This document shows positions 54,773-64,000 of a stretch of DNA of 64,000 nt, in pieces. Source of the stretch: an uncultured Gammaproteobacteria bacterium (GTDB lineage: Bacteria; Pseudomonadota; Gammaproteobacteria; JACCXJ01); contig CAVXTM010000016.1 of the NCBI GenBank assembly GCA_963764725.1, positions 256,001 through 320,000 of the forward strand. Reading direction: 5' to 3'. Each line of letters begins with the position of its first letter. Position 1 is the stretch's first letter. The notes below the pieces were generated by a model, which saw nothing but the letters and a program-made list of their open reading frames with translations, did not search any database and had not been told where the DNA came from. The position numbers and the translations under genes were made by a program.

Positions 54773-56326
54773 TCAACGAACCAACAGATCGGTACCGTAC
54801 CAGCCGACGATGACGTCCCGGTAATGTTCGGCCTTCCGGGTTTGGAGTCGTTCGAGGGGATTGAAATTGTCCGTCAGAGTCACGCCTTGGGTCTCGTTCA
54901 CCGCGACGATCCGGTTCTTCAGCCACGCTGCTTGCTCTGCTCGGAGTCCCGGGGAGTTGAGGTCGATGGGTCGGCCAGCCGCGAGGAAGATGAAGTCGTT
55001 GAAATCCTTGCCGGGTTCGGAAATAAAGACCGAGTGATGGGGAAACACCTGCGCGATGGTGCGCCCGACGGACGCCAGGGCGGCATTCTGGCCGCCCTCC
55101 GAAAAGGCCACGAAATTAAGAGCGAGAATGCCCTGGTCTGACAGGAGCCCGCGCAGTTGAGACAAAGTCTCGACGGTCAAGAGGTGCACCGGTTCCGATC
55201 CTCCGGTGAAGCAATCATGGATGATCAAGTCGTAAGGGCCGGTCAAGCGGCCGATTTCATAACGTGCGTCACCCACCATGGCTTGGCCCGTGGGTTCAAA
55301 CCCAAAGTATTCGGACGCGGCGCTCGCCACTGCCGGATCGATCTCCAAAGTGTCGGTCACGATCCCGTAGCGGTCACGCAGCGTCGTTGCCATATGGCCG
55401 GCGCCCTGGCCGATGAGCAAGGCCCGTGTCATGTTGGGCGCCAAGGCCGGAATCAAATGAACGATCTCCTGGTAGGTGAGCCGGTTGTCGCCACTCGATA
55501 TGCTGGCGGCGCCGATCGTCGAAGCATCCGACATGAGAAGACGAAGATCGCCTTCTCTTTGATCAATCACCCGCACCCAACCGTACAGGCTTTCCCGCTC
55601 GGAACGGATTTGAAAGGGTTCCCCGCCGGTGTAAGCACGCCCCGCGCCGATGGCTTGGGGCAGCAATCCGATCCCGATCGCGGCCAAGAGAACACTGGGC
55701 AGCACGGCGGCGGTTCGCCCCAAGCGCTTTTGCTCATAGATCGCCACGGCCACGGCCAGCGCGAGCAGAGCTATACCCAGACCGATCAGGATCTGGCGTG
55801 AGCCCACCAAGGGAAACAGAAAGAAGCCCAATACCAAGGTGCCGACAACGCTCCCGAGCGTACTGACGGCATAGATCGAGCCGGCGCTGGAACCAACGCC
55901 TTCCAAGCGTGAGGTCGCGAGCTTGATGGCATAGGGCCCAACCATGCCTAGCATAGTCAGACTGGGCGAGAACAACACCAGCGCGCTCACGAAGGCGCCC
56001 GCTCGCAGGCCCAAAGGGTCGGTCGCCATCAAGACCGGCCGGGTTACCCACGGGATTAAGAGTGTAAACAGGGCCGCGAGTGAAATGACGAGTGAAAGTC
56101 CGGTGCGCTTCGCCCGGTCAGCCCACCGGCCGCCGGCAAAATAACCAATGGCAAGCGCGATCAACGCCACGGAAATCAGCGATGACCAGACGTAGAGGCT
56201 CACGCCGTAGAACGGGGCGATGATGCGCGTACCCAGAAGCTCGATTACCATCACCGCCGCTCCGGTCAGGAACACGGTCAGATAAAGCCCGGCACGTTCG
56301 TAGACGTGCAGTGGTTTGTAAGACAT
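54773..56326 (-). CDS. Fused MFS-like membrane / spermidine synthase-like methyltransferase
   Basis: GAAVMVIELLGTRIIAPFYG, AGSIYAVSTLGS, LLIGQGAG, LEIDPAV, GDAR, DLIIHDCF, LTDNFNP. Confidence 0.88.
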   Translation of the reverse strand: MSYKPLHVYERAGLYLTVFLTGAAVMVIELLGTRIIAPFYGVSLYVWSSLISVALIALAIGYFAGGRWADRAKRTGLSLVISLAALFTLLIPWVTRPVLMATDPLGLRAGAFVSALVLFSPSLTMLGMVGPYAIKLATSRLEGVGSSAGSIYAVSTLGSVVGTLVLGFFLFPLVGSRQILIGLGIALLALAVAVAIYEQKRLGRTAAVLPSVLLAAIGIGLLPQAIGAGRAYTGGEPFQIRSERESLYGWVRVIDQREGDLRLLMSDASTIGAASISSGDNRLTYQEIVHLIPALAPNMTRALLIGQGAGHMATTLRDRYGIVTDTLEIDPAVASAASEYFGFEPTGQAMVGDARYEIGRLTGPYDLIIHDCFTGGSEPVHLLTVETLSQLRGLLSDQGILALNFVAFSEGGQNAALASVGRTIAQVFPHHSVFISEPGKDFNDFIFLAAGRPIDLNSPGLRAEQAAWLKNRIVAVNETQGVTLTDNFNPLERLQTRKAEHYRDVIVGWYGTDLLVR

Positions 56327-56353
56327 GTGGATTGAACAGGCCTTTACCGCCCC

Positions 56354-57328
56354 TCAGGGTTCATCGAGCACGGCAAAGGCCGGCGCATCCCGCGCGCGGC
56401 TCGGTGGTGCCACGCATCCTTCGCTACTGGCTGGCGCCGCGAGCGAGCCACCGGCTTCACCGTGCACGTCTACCCAGAAATGCGGCAAACCCATGCCCGC
56501 CAGCCATGCCGGGCCGGCAGCCTCCTTGAGCATGGCAATCGTCGAGGCACTGCCCGCGATGAGACACAGATCGCCAACTACGCTGACCGACGCCAAGTGG
56601 CGCACCGGCCAACCGGTTTTCGGGTTGAGGATATGACCGTAACGCACACCATCGAGCACGATGCAACGCTCGTAGTCACCGCTACTGGCAAGCCCGCCGT
56701 GGTGCAACGAGACCGTTTGTATGAGGGCCCCCGGACGACGGGGATGGCGTATGCCTATCCGCCACGGGTTGCCATCCGGTCGCGGCCCGATGACCTTGAT
56801 GTCGCCGCCTAAATTGACGTGGCCGGATCGGGCGCCGGCCTCGTAGCATAGCGTTGCTGCCCGATCGACGGCGTATTCCTTGACGACACCGCCGAAATCA
56901 ATCTCCATGCCCGGCAGTGGAAATTCGAGAACGGGAGGTGTCCAGCGGAGCCGGTGCCACCCGACCTTGCCGAGTAGGCTTTGGATCTGCGCCCCATCGG
57001 GCAGCGCGCCTCGATCGAAGCGCCACGCGCGACGCAATATACCAGAGCTGATGTCGAAGAGCCCATCGCTCTCACGGTAACAGGTCGCGGCGTAATTGAG
57101 CAGCCCAACAGTCTCTTGGTCTACGGAGATGCTTCCCCCACGGGATGCCACGCGATTGATCTCCGATAGAAAGCTGTCGCTGCGAAAGCGCGAATAACGC
57201 GCTTCCAGCCGGTCGACTTCAGCGATGGCGATGCCCGCAATGCGCTCGGCTTCTGCATGGCTTGTGGCAAAGAGCTGGATCTCACAGGGAGAGCCCATCG
57301 CCTTGAAAGCCAAGCGGTAAGACCTCAT
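56354..57328 (-). CDS. apbE: FAD:protein FMN transferase ApbE
   Basis: FKAMGS, IDFGGVVKEYAVD, VNLGGD, ASSGDYER, HILNPKTG. No lipoprotein signal is visible. Confidence 0.92.
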   Translation of the reverse strand: MRSYRLAFKAMGSPCEIQLFATSHAEAERIAGIAIAEVDRLEARYSRFRSDSFLSEINRVASRGGSISVDQETVGLLNYAATCYRESDGLFDISSGILRRAWRFDRGALPDGAQIQSLLGKVGWHRLRWTPPVLEFPLPGMEIDFGGVVKEYAVDRAATLCYEAGARSGHVNLGGDIKVIGPRPDGNPWRIGIRHPRRPGALIQTVSLHHGGLASSGDYERCIVLDGVRYGHILNPKTGWPVRHLASVSVVGDLCLIAGSASTIAMLKEAAGPAWLAGMGLPHFWVDVHGEAGGSLAAPASSEGCVAPPSRARDAPAFAVLDEP

Positions 57329-57493
57329 GCCGTTCATGTTCAAAACCACGTTCGCGGTCGATGTAGCCCGGGTCGAACGCAGCCCCGCCCCGCCGCGGTG
57401 AGTGCCCGCGACTAGTCCCGGTCGCTCAAGCGGTGGCGGAACGTAGCTACGCCACATATTCTCAGGCACATGACGCACGCTAAACAAGGCCCA

Positions 57494-58498
57494 TCAAAAC
57501 GTCAGGCTGAAGCTCACGAACAGTGAGCCGTCACGTTCGAGCTGGAACCCGTTGAAGTCGTCCTCCACGGGTTGCAGCCACTCGACGCTCAAACGGTTGT
57601 CCTTAAGCCCGGCGATCGGAATCTCGGCGCTGAGCCCGAAGCCCACGTCCCAGAACTGCCCGCCGTAGTTCTGCGGGAAGTCCACCGGGCTCAGTTCCGA
57701 GTGCACGTCGTTGAACTCGCCCGTGATCTCCCCTTGCGTCGTGTAAACGCCGCGCACCGAGGCGGAGAGCCAGTCGAACAGGCCGATGCTTCCCCAGGCG
57801 GTGGCCTGGAACTGATTGCCCAACGCATAGCCCGACTCGTTCGCGTTCTCGAGGCGATCGATGCCGCTCACTTGCCCCCCCCACGACCAGCGCCCCCACG
57901 CGCCCGTGTAGGTGAGGTTCGGCAGCAGATCCCAGGTGCCGCTGCCGAGCTGCATGCCATAGTGATAAAAGCCTTGATCCGTTTGATGGCTGCGTCTGAG
58001 CTGCTCGTCGACGGAGCCGGTCGGTGCGCTCACGCCCAGAGCCAGGTGCAGGTGATGTCCGGGCACATCCAACAGTTTGAAGAGCGCGTACATGGAGGTG
58101 TCACCGACGCCGCCCGTGGCTTCGGAGTGGAGCACATGGTGCTGTTCACTGCTGTCGAGCTGAGCGCCTTCGAGGGCCTGCATCGACATCTCCATGTCCA
58201 CGAACTGCGGCATGAGCATCAGGTTCAGCCAGTCGGTCGGGGCGTACATGATGTCGATCATGTGCATGTTCATGGTGTGGTCGACCGGCTTCACTTTGCA
58301 CGGCACCGAGCCACAGCCATTGCTGGTGATGACGGCATCGCCGACGGCGTCCGAACCGCGCAGGATGTTGCCGTCCTGACTGTGGTACATGTAGCGGTAG
58401 TCGACCATGAAGTCGCCGGCCTCGGGCAGCATGTGGTCGAGCATGACACCCGCCGGCGCGTGGCCGTGGGCGTGCGACGTGGCTATCGTGGGCGTCAT
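57494..58498 (-). CDS. His/Met-rich outer-membrane beta-barrel (probably the C-terminal half of the DUF3570 gene)
   Basis: HGHAPAGVMLDHM, HTMNMHMIDIMYAP, YGMQLGSGTWD, terminal Phe (SFSLTF). Confidence 0.75.
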   Translation of the reverse strand: MTPTIATSHAHGHAPAGVMLDHMLPEAGDFMVDYRYMYHSQDGNILRGSDAVGDAVITSNGCGSVPCKVKPVDHTMNMHMIDIMYAPTDWLNLMLMPQFVDMEMSMQALEGAQLDSSEQHHVLHSEATGGVGDTSMYALFKLLDVPGHHLHLALGVSAPTGSVDEQLRRSHQTDQGFYHYGMQLGSGTWDLLPNLTYTGAWGRWSWGGQVSGIDRLENANESGYALGNQFQATAWGSIGLFDWLSASVRGVYTTQGEITGEFNDVHSELSPVDFPQNYGGQFWDVGFGLSAEIPIAGLKDNRLSVEWLQPVEDDFNGFQLERDGSLFVSFSLTF

Positions 58499-60181
58499 GG
58501 TGCGCCGCCGGCAGCGGACAAGGCTGCGTCGAGGCTGACATTCAACGCCGCATTGACCTGATAGTAGTTGAAATCGGCATAGTCGCCCTCACCACCTCCG
58601 CCGAGCTTGAGCCCGCCCTCATGGGTGTAATACTCGAAACCGGCCTCGAGACTGATCCCCCTAGCGAATTCCTTGCTCACGATCAATCCGCCGCTCAAGG
58701 CCCCATAGCCCGACAGGCGGTGGTCGCTGGAGAAGTTGGCCGGAAGTTTTTTCGGATCGAACGGGATGATTGTGACGTCTCCCGTCAGGTCATCAAAAAT
58801 GAACTGTTTGGTATGCTTGCCTGGAGATGAGAAACGGCTGATAGAAATCGGCGGCGTCTTGCGAGTAATAGCGAATCCAGGGCATCACGGTCCAACCCCG
58901 GCCTAGCGGTTGACCCCAGCTCGACTCGAGGGTGTGGGCATCGATCCCCCAATCATCGGAGTAGAAGCGGTATCCGAGATGCAGGGCCGCATTCAATGGT
59001 TCGACATACTGCACATAGCGCGCGTCCCAAGTCCATTGGTTACGCGTATCGGGCCGCTGTTCCAGGAGGGCCTGAACTTGCCCAAAAAACCCGCCGGGAG
59101 GTGCCAAGAACTGTTGCTCGGGATCGATGAACGCGACCTCCATCACCTTGTAGGGGTTCGCCAGATATCCTGTGCTGCGGGTATAACCGAGGGTGGTCTC
59201 GATGAGCGAGTCATTGGTCAGGACCTGCGTCAGACCAAAACGCGTAGCCCAATCCTGTCGATTGCCCTCCAGGGTGTCGATGCTTAAATCCGTCGTGTTT
59301 GGCACCGGCGTCTTTTCAATCTGGTCCGTGTATGCGGAGGTATCGATGTAGGGAAGAGCGTCGTGATCGAGTATGGCCTCGGTGTCGCTGGCGGTGTAAC
59401 TCAAGCCCAGGTTCAAGGTGGTGCGCTTCTGATTGAGGTCCCAGCGCCCGCCCAGGCTGCCCCATCGCGATTCATAGTCGTTCTCCAGGGAGATGCCACC
59501 GCCCACATCCAGCGCCGCCTCGTTCCACTCGTAGCTCAGCCCGAAGTCCCCCTGCTTGCGCGCCTCGGGTGAGGCGAAGGAGATCGTATCCACCAATTGC
59601 CCGTTTTTTTGAAAGAGCTGGTTACCATCCTCGTCGAAGAGTACTTCGAGCGGGTTGAATTGAGAATCGAAAAACAGATCACCATTGATGAAAGGCGTCG
59701 CCCCGGAGACCCCATCCGGGGCTGTGGGACAATTCCCCCCCGAACAATTAAAGCCACCGGAAACAAGTCCCTGCGGTGCGGTGGCGATCGGCGTGGCCCC
59801 GGACCAGGTGTCCTGGACGTAGTTGGCAAAGAACTTCAGCCGATCGAAGAGCGTGAGGCTAGCGCTGCCATGGAGGCTGTCCACCAGGATAGGATCGAAC
59901 GCGCTCTTCACGCCGAAGAGGTTACGTTCACTCTCTTGGTAGCGGCCATACTGAAAGTTGAAATCGTCACCCTCGGCGGCATGAGCAGGTGAGGGAGTCA
60001 GGCCGGGCAAGGCCAGAGCGGCGGCCGTCAGCGCCCGCGAGGATGCGCTTGCCTGCGTCAATGATTGCGGTCCGGTGGCCGACCGCCGCCCGAAGCGACG
60101 CGGTAAAAGTAGCCCTGCGAGGTGCCGAAATGCGCCGCGCAGGCTAGTAACAGCCACACCCGCCGCCGGCGGTGGACCCAC
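58495..60181 (-). CDS. DUF3570-family outer-membrane protein, frameshifted near 58800
   Basis: LTAAALALPGL, YQES, SLENDYES, GYLANPYK, RPDTR, YRFYSDDWGIDAHT, RYYSQDAADFY. Continues in the next frame as FSSDHRLSGYGALSGG. Confidence 0.85.
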
Positions 60182-60368
60182 CGGCCAATGCGGCCTCGCG
60201 GCTCATGTAGGTGTGCACGCGTAAGGCGCGCAACGCGGGGTTGGGTTCCAAGGCCATGTGCGGCTTGGCGAGATTGCCGCGTTCCCACGGGGCTACCGGC
60301 GCGCAGCCCGGTAGCCCGATAGCCAGCCCAAGTAGAAGCGCCGTCAGCACCCAGTTAGATTTTTTCAT
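60144..60368 (-). CDS. DUF4266 lipoprotein
   Basis: Lipobox LPGC, VAPWERGNLAKPHM, SREAA.GG...GGGCGCY. Confidence 0.9.
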   Translation of the reverse strand: MKKSNWVLTALLLGLAIGLPGCAPVAPWERGNLAKPHMALEPNPALRALRVHTYMSREAALAGGSTAGGGCGCY

Positions 60369-60398
60369 ATAGGGCTTTTCGTCGAACCGACCGAGCGC

Positions 60399-60893
60399 CT
60401 ATCCGCCCTCGGGACGCTCCGCCAACAACTGTTCCACCAGCCCACGGAGCTGCTCAGCCTCTCCGCGCCGAAAGCCTAGGTGCACGTGGCGAATGATACC
60501 CTGGCGGTCCACCAGATAGGACGACGGCATCGCTTGGACGCCGAAGTCTCGGGGACACTGCCCGTCCGCATCGACAGCGACGGTGAAGCTGGCCGGGTGT
60601 TTTTCAAGAAAGGCCTTCGCATCGTCGGGTTTCTCATCCAAGTTGATCCCCAGAACGTGCAAACCCTGTCCCCGCAACTCGCTGTCCAGATCGTTCAAGA
60701 ACGGAAAGGACTGTGCGCAGGGGGAACACCAGGAGGCCCAAAAATCGACATAAACAACCTTGCCGCGCAGTTGCCGCATGTCATAGCGTTGTCCATCGCC
60801 GACCGGGGTCAATGAACAGTTAGGCGCCGCCTGACCAGCTTCGAAACTATAGACGTTCGAATAAACCGCGAGCGCCAGTGCGGTGAGAAGCAC
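60399..60893 (-). CDS. TlpA family disulfide reductase
   Basis: VVYVDFWASWCSPCAQSFP and AMPSSYLVDR. True start uncertain. Confidence 0.9.
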   Translation of the reverse strand: MLLTALALAVYSNVYSFEAGQAAPNCSLTPVGDGQRYDMRQLRGKVVYVDFWASWCSPCAQSFPFLNDLDSELRGQGLHVLGINLDEKPDDAKAFLEKHPASFTVAVDADGQCPRDFGVQAMPSSYLVDRQGIIRHVHLGFRRGEAEQLRGLVEQLLAERPEGG

Positions 60894-61015
60894 CTATGAG
60901 CGGGTTGCACTAATTCGCAACGGCAGGAAGTCATAGTCCTTAGCCATCATCTTCGGATCCAAGTAGCAGCCCGCGACCAAGCGCCGCCAAGCGCCGAGCT
61001 CAGCGAATCACCGGC

Positions 61016-61458
61016 TTACTGATTCTGCGTCTGGTAATTGACGTCCCGGTGTGAACCCCCGTAGCGGTTTCGCAATGGTAATTCGAGCGTGTAATTATTT
61101 ACGCCGCCGCGGATTTATCGACGTTATACGATGTACGCCCCGACGCCACTGTTATTGTAGCACCTTTGAGGACTATACGCTGCGTTTCCACCGATGGGAT
61201 CCGTGCTGGTCGTGGAATGCCGCCCTTGTCGCGTCAACCTGCACCAGTGACGAGCCCGCAGTGTCGTCCTTCACGCGTGATCGTGAAGACGGACAGAGTT
61301 CGTGGAGCACGTGACGGGTAGATCATCGGTCGCGCCCGCCGCGGAAAGGAGCGATCCGATCTTTGAATCGCCAGACGCGATACGGCGTGTGCCTACCGCG
61401 ACCAGCAACGATGCGTGCGAATGCGCTCTTAAAGAAAGTATTTTTCATACATATTCAT
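61016..61458 (-). pseudogene. Small secreted protein ending HC...HTGTSI...QNQ, heavily frameshifted (not in ORF track)
   Basis: AAGGAG RBS and ATG at 61458. Fragments AAGATD, VTCSTNS, STDPIGGNAAYSP, GVGAYIV, NYTLE, YHCETATGVHTGTSIT, QNQ-stop. Confidence 0.65.
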
Positions 61459-61586
61459 AATAGTCTCCTTCAGTCGTTAATCGGGAAAAACGGTGACCTG
61501 GGTATACTAGAGAAGCACTGACGGTCGGGTACGGCGGGAAATCGCCGGCTCGAGGAGAGCGGAGCCTGCCCGTTACGTCCCACTCG

Positions 61587-62561
61587 CTACTCACGTCGCG
61601 GTGCTCGCACGGCGCGATGTCCTATCTCCTCCAGTTTCATGGCGGCCAATACACGCACCGTCTCGTCGGTGTCAGCCAGCGCGTCTTGAAGTAGTGCGGC
61701 GCTCTCCGCATCTGTGCCGGCAGCTGTCCACCGCCATCAGCCTCACCGAAGCGTCGCTATCGCCCAGGGCACTGCGCAGCACATTCATGGCCTCGGTCTC
61801 CGCCATCTTTCGCCAAGGCGTAAACGCCCTGCGCCCGCACGCTCCCGTCCTCGTCCGTCAGCGCGGTCCGAAACACCGCTTGTACCGCAGGATCGTTGCG
61901 TTTGCTGCTCGCAGCCAGGCTGCCCAGCGCCTGCATCCGCGCTTCGGATCATCGGCCGTGCTCAGGTCCATGAGCATATTGAATCGTCATGCTCTGCCGC
62001 CGCGGGATCTTTACTCGTCGCTTGCTGCGGGGCCGCCCGCGAACATTCCGCACCGGTGTCTCCACAACGACCCCATTGCTACTACTGCTACCGTCGGGAG
62101 GTCCGGGCGGCTCCTAAAAGCCACACGTCCGAAGGCAGGGATCGGTCGCAGACTCCGCTCTCTCGGGGGCATAGCGCACTATGCTGCGCGGCGTCACGCC
62201 CAAAAAGACACTCGAGTGCACGCGTGAGGCGTCATGCGCTGGCAGGAGAGCCGTGACCACGCCTTCGGGCGTCACTACGTCATGGAAGCGGGTACCCGTT
62301 TTCTGCCGAATTCGCCGAGCACCTCTGTCCACGGGGCCCGCGTGACATTCAAGCTCATCAGTGCCGCGATGGAGCTCGATTTCCACCGATGCGGAAGGCC
62401 CTGCTTTCAAAAGCGCTCGAGACGGCGTGTCAGGCCCTGCGATAACATGGCTGTTCCACAGCATCATTCCCGGCACCAACGAAAGCAGCCCGACCTCCGC
62501 CAGCCCGTCTCTTACGCCGCGTTCGAGTACTGCTCATCGAATAAACACCCTGCGTGGCCAT
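61587..62561 (-). pseudogene. HEAT-repeat protein, heavily frameshifted
   Basis: Minus-strand fragments LTDEDGSVRAQGVYALAK, LRSALGDSDASVRLMAVDS, LADTDETVRVLAAMKL. Confidence 0.7.
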
Positions 62562-62620
62562 GTCTGCTGTCGTTCTAATTCTCCGACCGTTCGGAGTCTA
62601 TGATTCGTAGCCGCGCTTGT

Positions 62621-62780
62621 AAATGCGACAAATTGTCGCACCCCCACACTCAACATCGAGACCGGGGAGCGGCAAGTCACCGGTACGCTATCCTGCTTTT
62701 GCCTTTCGTTAATCCCGTAGTTTATATAATAGAACTCTGGTCATGGAATCAGTTCCGGGGTGCGACAATTTGTCACATTC
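62621..62780. promoter_or_regulatory. Two RegA/PrrA-like operators in the divergent promoter region
   Basis: TGCGACAAATTGTCGCA (62624..62640) and TGCGACAATTTGTCACA (62761..62777). Confidence 0.7.
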
Positions 62781-62925
62781 ACACGCGATGCTCAGTGAGA
62801 TAGTCTTCTTAGCAGGGAACAGCTAGTGATGCAGGGTACGACCAGTTGTCTCTGGCGTGCTTTTTAGTTGGTAGAAACCAGTTATATCTGTTCTGTGAAT
62901 CCATAAGTCAATACAGGAACCATTT

Positions 62926-63715
62926 ATGCCAAGCTTAAACATAAGAAGACTGACGATGTGCTCGCTGACGACCTTGCTGTGCACCGCAGGGCCGAATGTC
63001 TTTGCCCACACCGGCGTTCAGAATGCGGCTGACCGCAGGGACGACGACCTATAACGGTTTCACGATAACGCACGGCTGTGGCGGCCATGATGAGACGAAG
63101 CCTCCGTTGAAGGTGTTGGGACAGTCGGCGGTGTTTCCGTTCGGAGTCGCCGTGTGGACGAACCTCAACCCACCGGTGAAATCATACCGACGGGTGGCCA
63201 GGGTATCGTCAGCGAGGACAGATGATTTTATCACTCTCAATGTCGGCGGTATTCAGGATAACGATCCCTTCGCAAAAACAGAGGAAGAGACGGATGATCT
63301 TGAAAACGTGCGTGCGCTCAATTGGAAGAATGGCAAACTAGCGACCAACCTGGTCGGTATACCCGAGTGGCGGGCATCGGCGCCGACCATTCTGGATAAT
63401 TGCGTGTCGGCATTGCACGTGCGTATCGCGGTTGCCAACTGGTGCAAAAAGAACGCAAACGAAAAGAACGACCATGCTAACAACCGGGCCGACTGGTGGT
63501 TCACGGGACCGGACCAGACCGGGAGCACGCAGTTCGTCGATCCCGATCTGGTTCAGGAGGACTTCTGGACGACATTGACCGTTAACAACCCGGGCAACCC
63601 GGACGCCCCTGCATGCACCGGGGAGACTCGCGAGGTTGCGGTCCAGCCGACGGGTGCGGACATCGATACCTACCTGCCATACAAGCCGTTCACCAAGAAT
63701 CCGGGACCGTATTGA
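62926..63715 (+). CDS. Secreted YcnI/DUF1775-like putative copper-binding protein (frameshift near 63027)
   Basis: RBS AGGA and ATG 62926 give signal MPSLNIRRLTMCSLTTLLCTAGPNVFA followed by HTG. Shifts into ORF 62996..63715 containing FTITHGC. Confidence 0.65.
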
Positions 63716-63797
63716 TCCCGAGATCGTAGGAGAGTAGGAAAGCGACCGGCAGCCGAAGCCGCCTTCTAACTCGGTGGCCGGTCGTGGTGTAGCCCTT

Positions 63798-63831
63798 GTC
63801 CCAGGACCCTCGCTCGCGAGGGTCCTGGGAC
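63798..63831. terminator. 16-bp perfect hairpin downstream of the YcnI-like gene
   Basis: GTCCCAGGACCCTCGC-TC-GCGAGGGTCCTGGGAC, without a clear U tract. Confidence 0.5.
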
Positions 63832-64000
63832 TTCCGTCAGTCAGGTGACGGCGCCCGCGGTCCGCAGTAGAGAGTCCAGGCACCCTGCCATCTCGGTGGC
63901 CGTGCGGGCGAAGGTCTTGACCCTGACAATAATGGTAGCCATCGCCCCGCAGCTCGCCGATTCGGATAAACACGCGGGAATCGCGCACGGCGCGTGCGCT

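Noticed and set aside
53786-62644. Inverted 24-bp repeats as transposon or invertible-segment ends
   Set aside because: The core is itself palindromic, extra copies lie outside the pair, all sit in promoter regions, and no transposase or recombinase is nearby. An operator is the simpler explanation.
61601-62803. Plus-strand ORFs in the 61.6-62.8 kb interval
   Set aside because: The coding signal (HEAT repeats) is on the minus strand, and these ORFs have no motifs or RBS.
63338-63988. 216-aa minus-strand ORF at the window end
   Set aside because: It overlaps the YcnI-like gene antisense and has no recognisable domain. Any real gene here is cut by the window edge.

Overview
GC-rich gammaproteobacterial chromosome segment. 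A Tat-exported copper-storage protein, an hpnR remnant and a His-brace-type protein suggest a methanotroph or ammonia-oxidiser-like lineage (inference). Housekeeping blocks: ccmABCDEFGHI, moaD/moaC, mtaP-hpt-cyaA-slp, rubredoxin and its reductase, modABCE, hemF, hisBH, purHD-fis, aroQ-accBC, dsbD-cutA, CIRCE-controlled groESL, gltA. Two accessory regions stand out. (1) About 15.3-31 kb: an indel-riddled type I R-M operon with an internally deleted RAYT-type gene and a REP pair translationally coupled between hsdM and hsdS; an integrase-less, decaying attC cassette array that includes a PD-(D/E)XK nuclease cassette; a 1.6-kb mobile element I cannot assign to a family, with no terminal inverted repeats and 10-bp direct repeats; and an internally deleted hpnR. 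(2) About 53.3-63.7 kb: a putative copper/redox envelope system (Csp, MFS-spermidine synthase fusion, ApbE, a DUF3570 barrel with two DxxSGAT flavinylation motifs probably fused through a His-rich linker to a second barrel, DUF4266, TlpA, two hidden frameshifted genes, and a divergent YcnI-like protein), bracketed by a repeated 24-bp palindromic operator. A MITE-like repeat family sits on several stop codons. Many single-base indels are probably assembly errors. No rRNA, tRNA, CRISPR array or integron integrase was seen. All family assignments come from motif recognition, not database searches.
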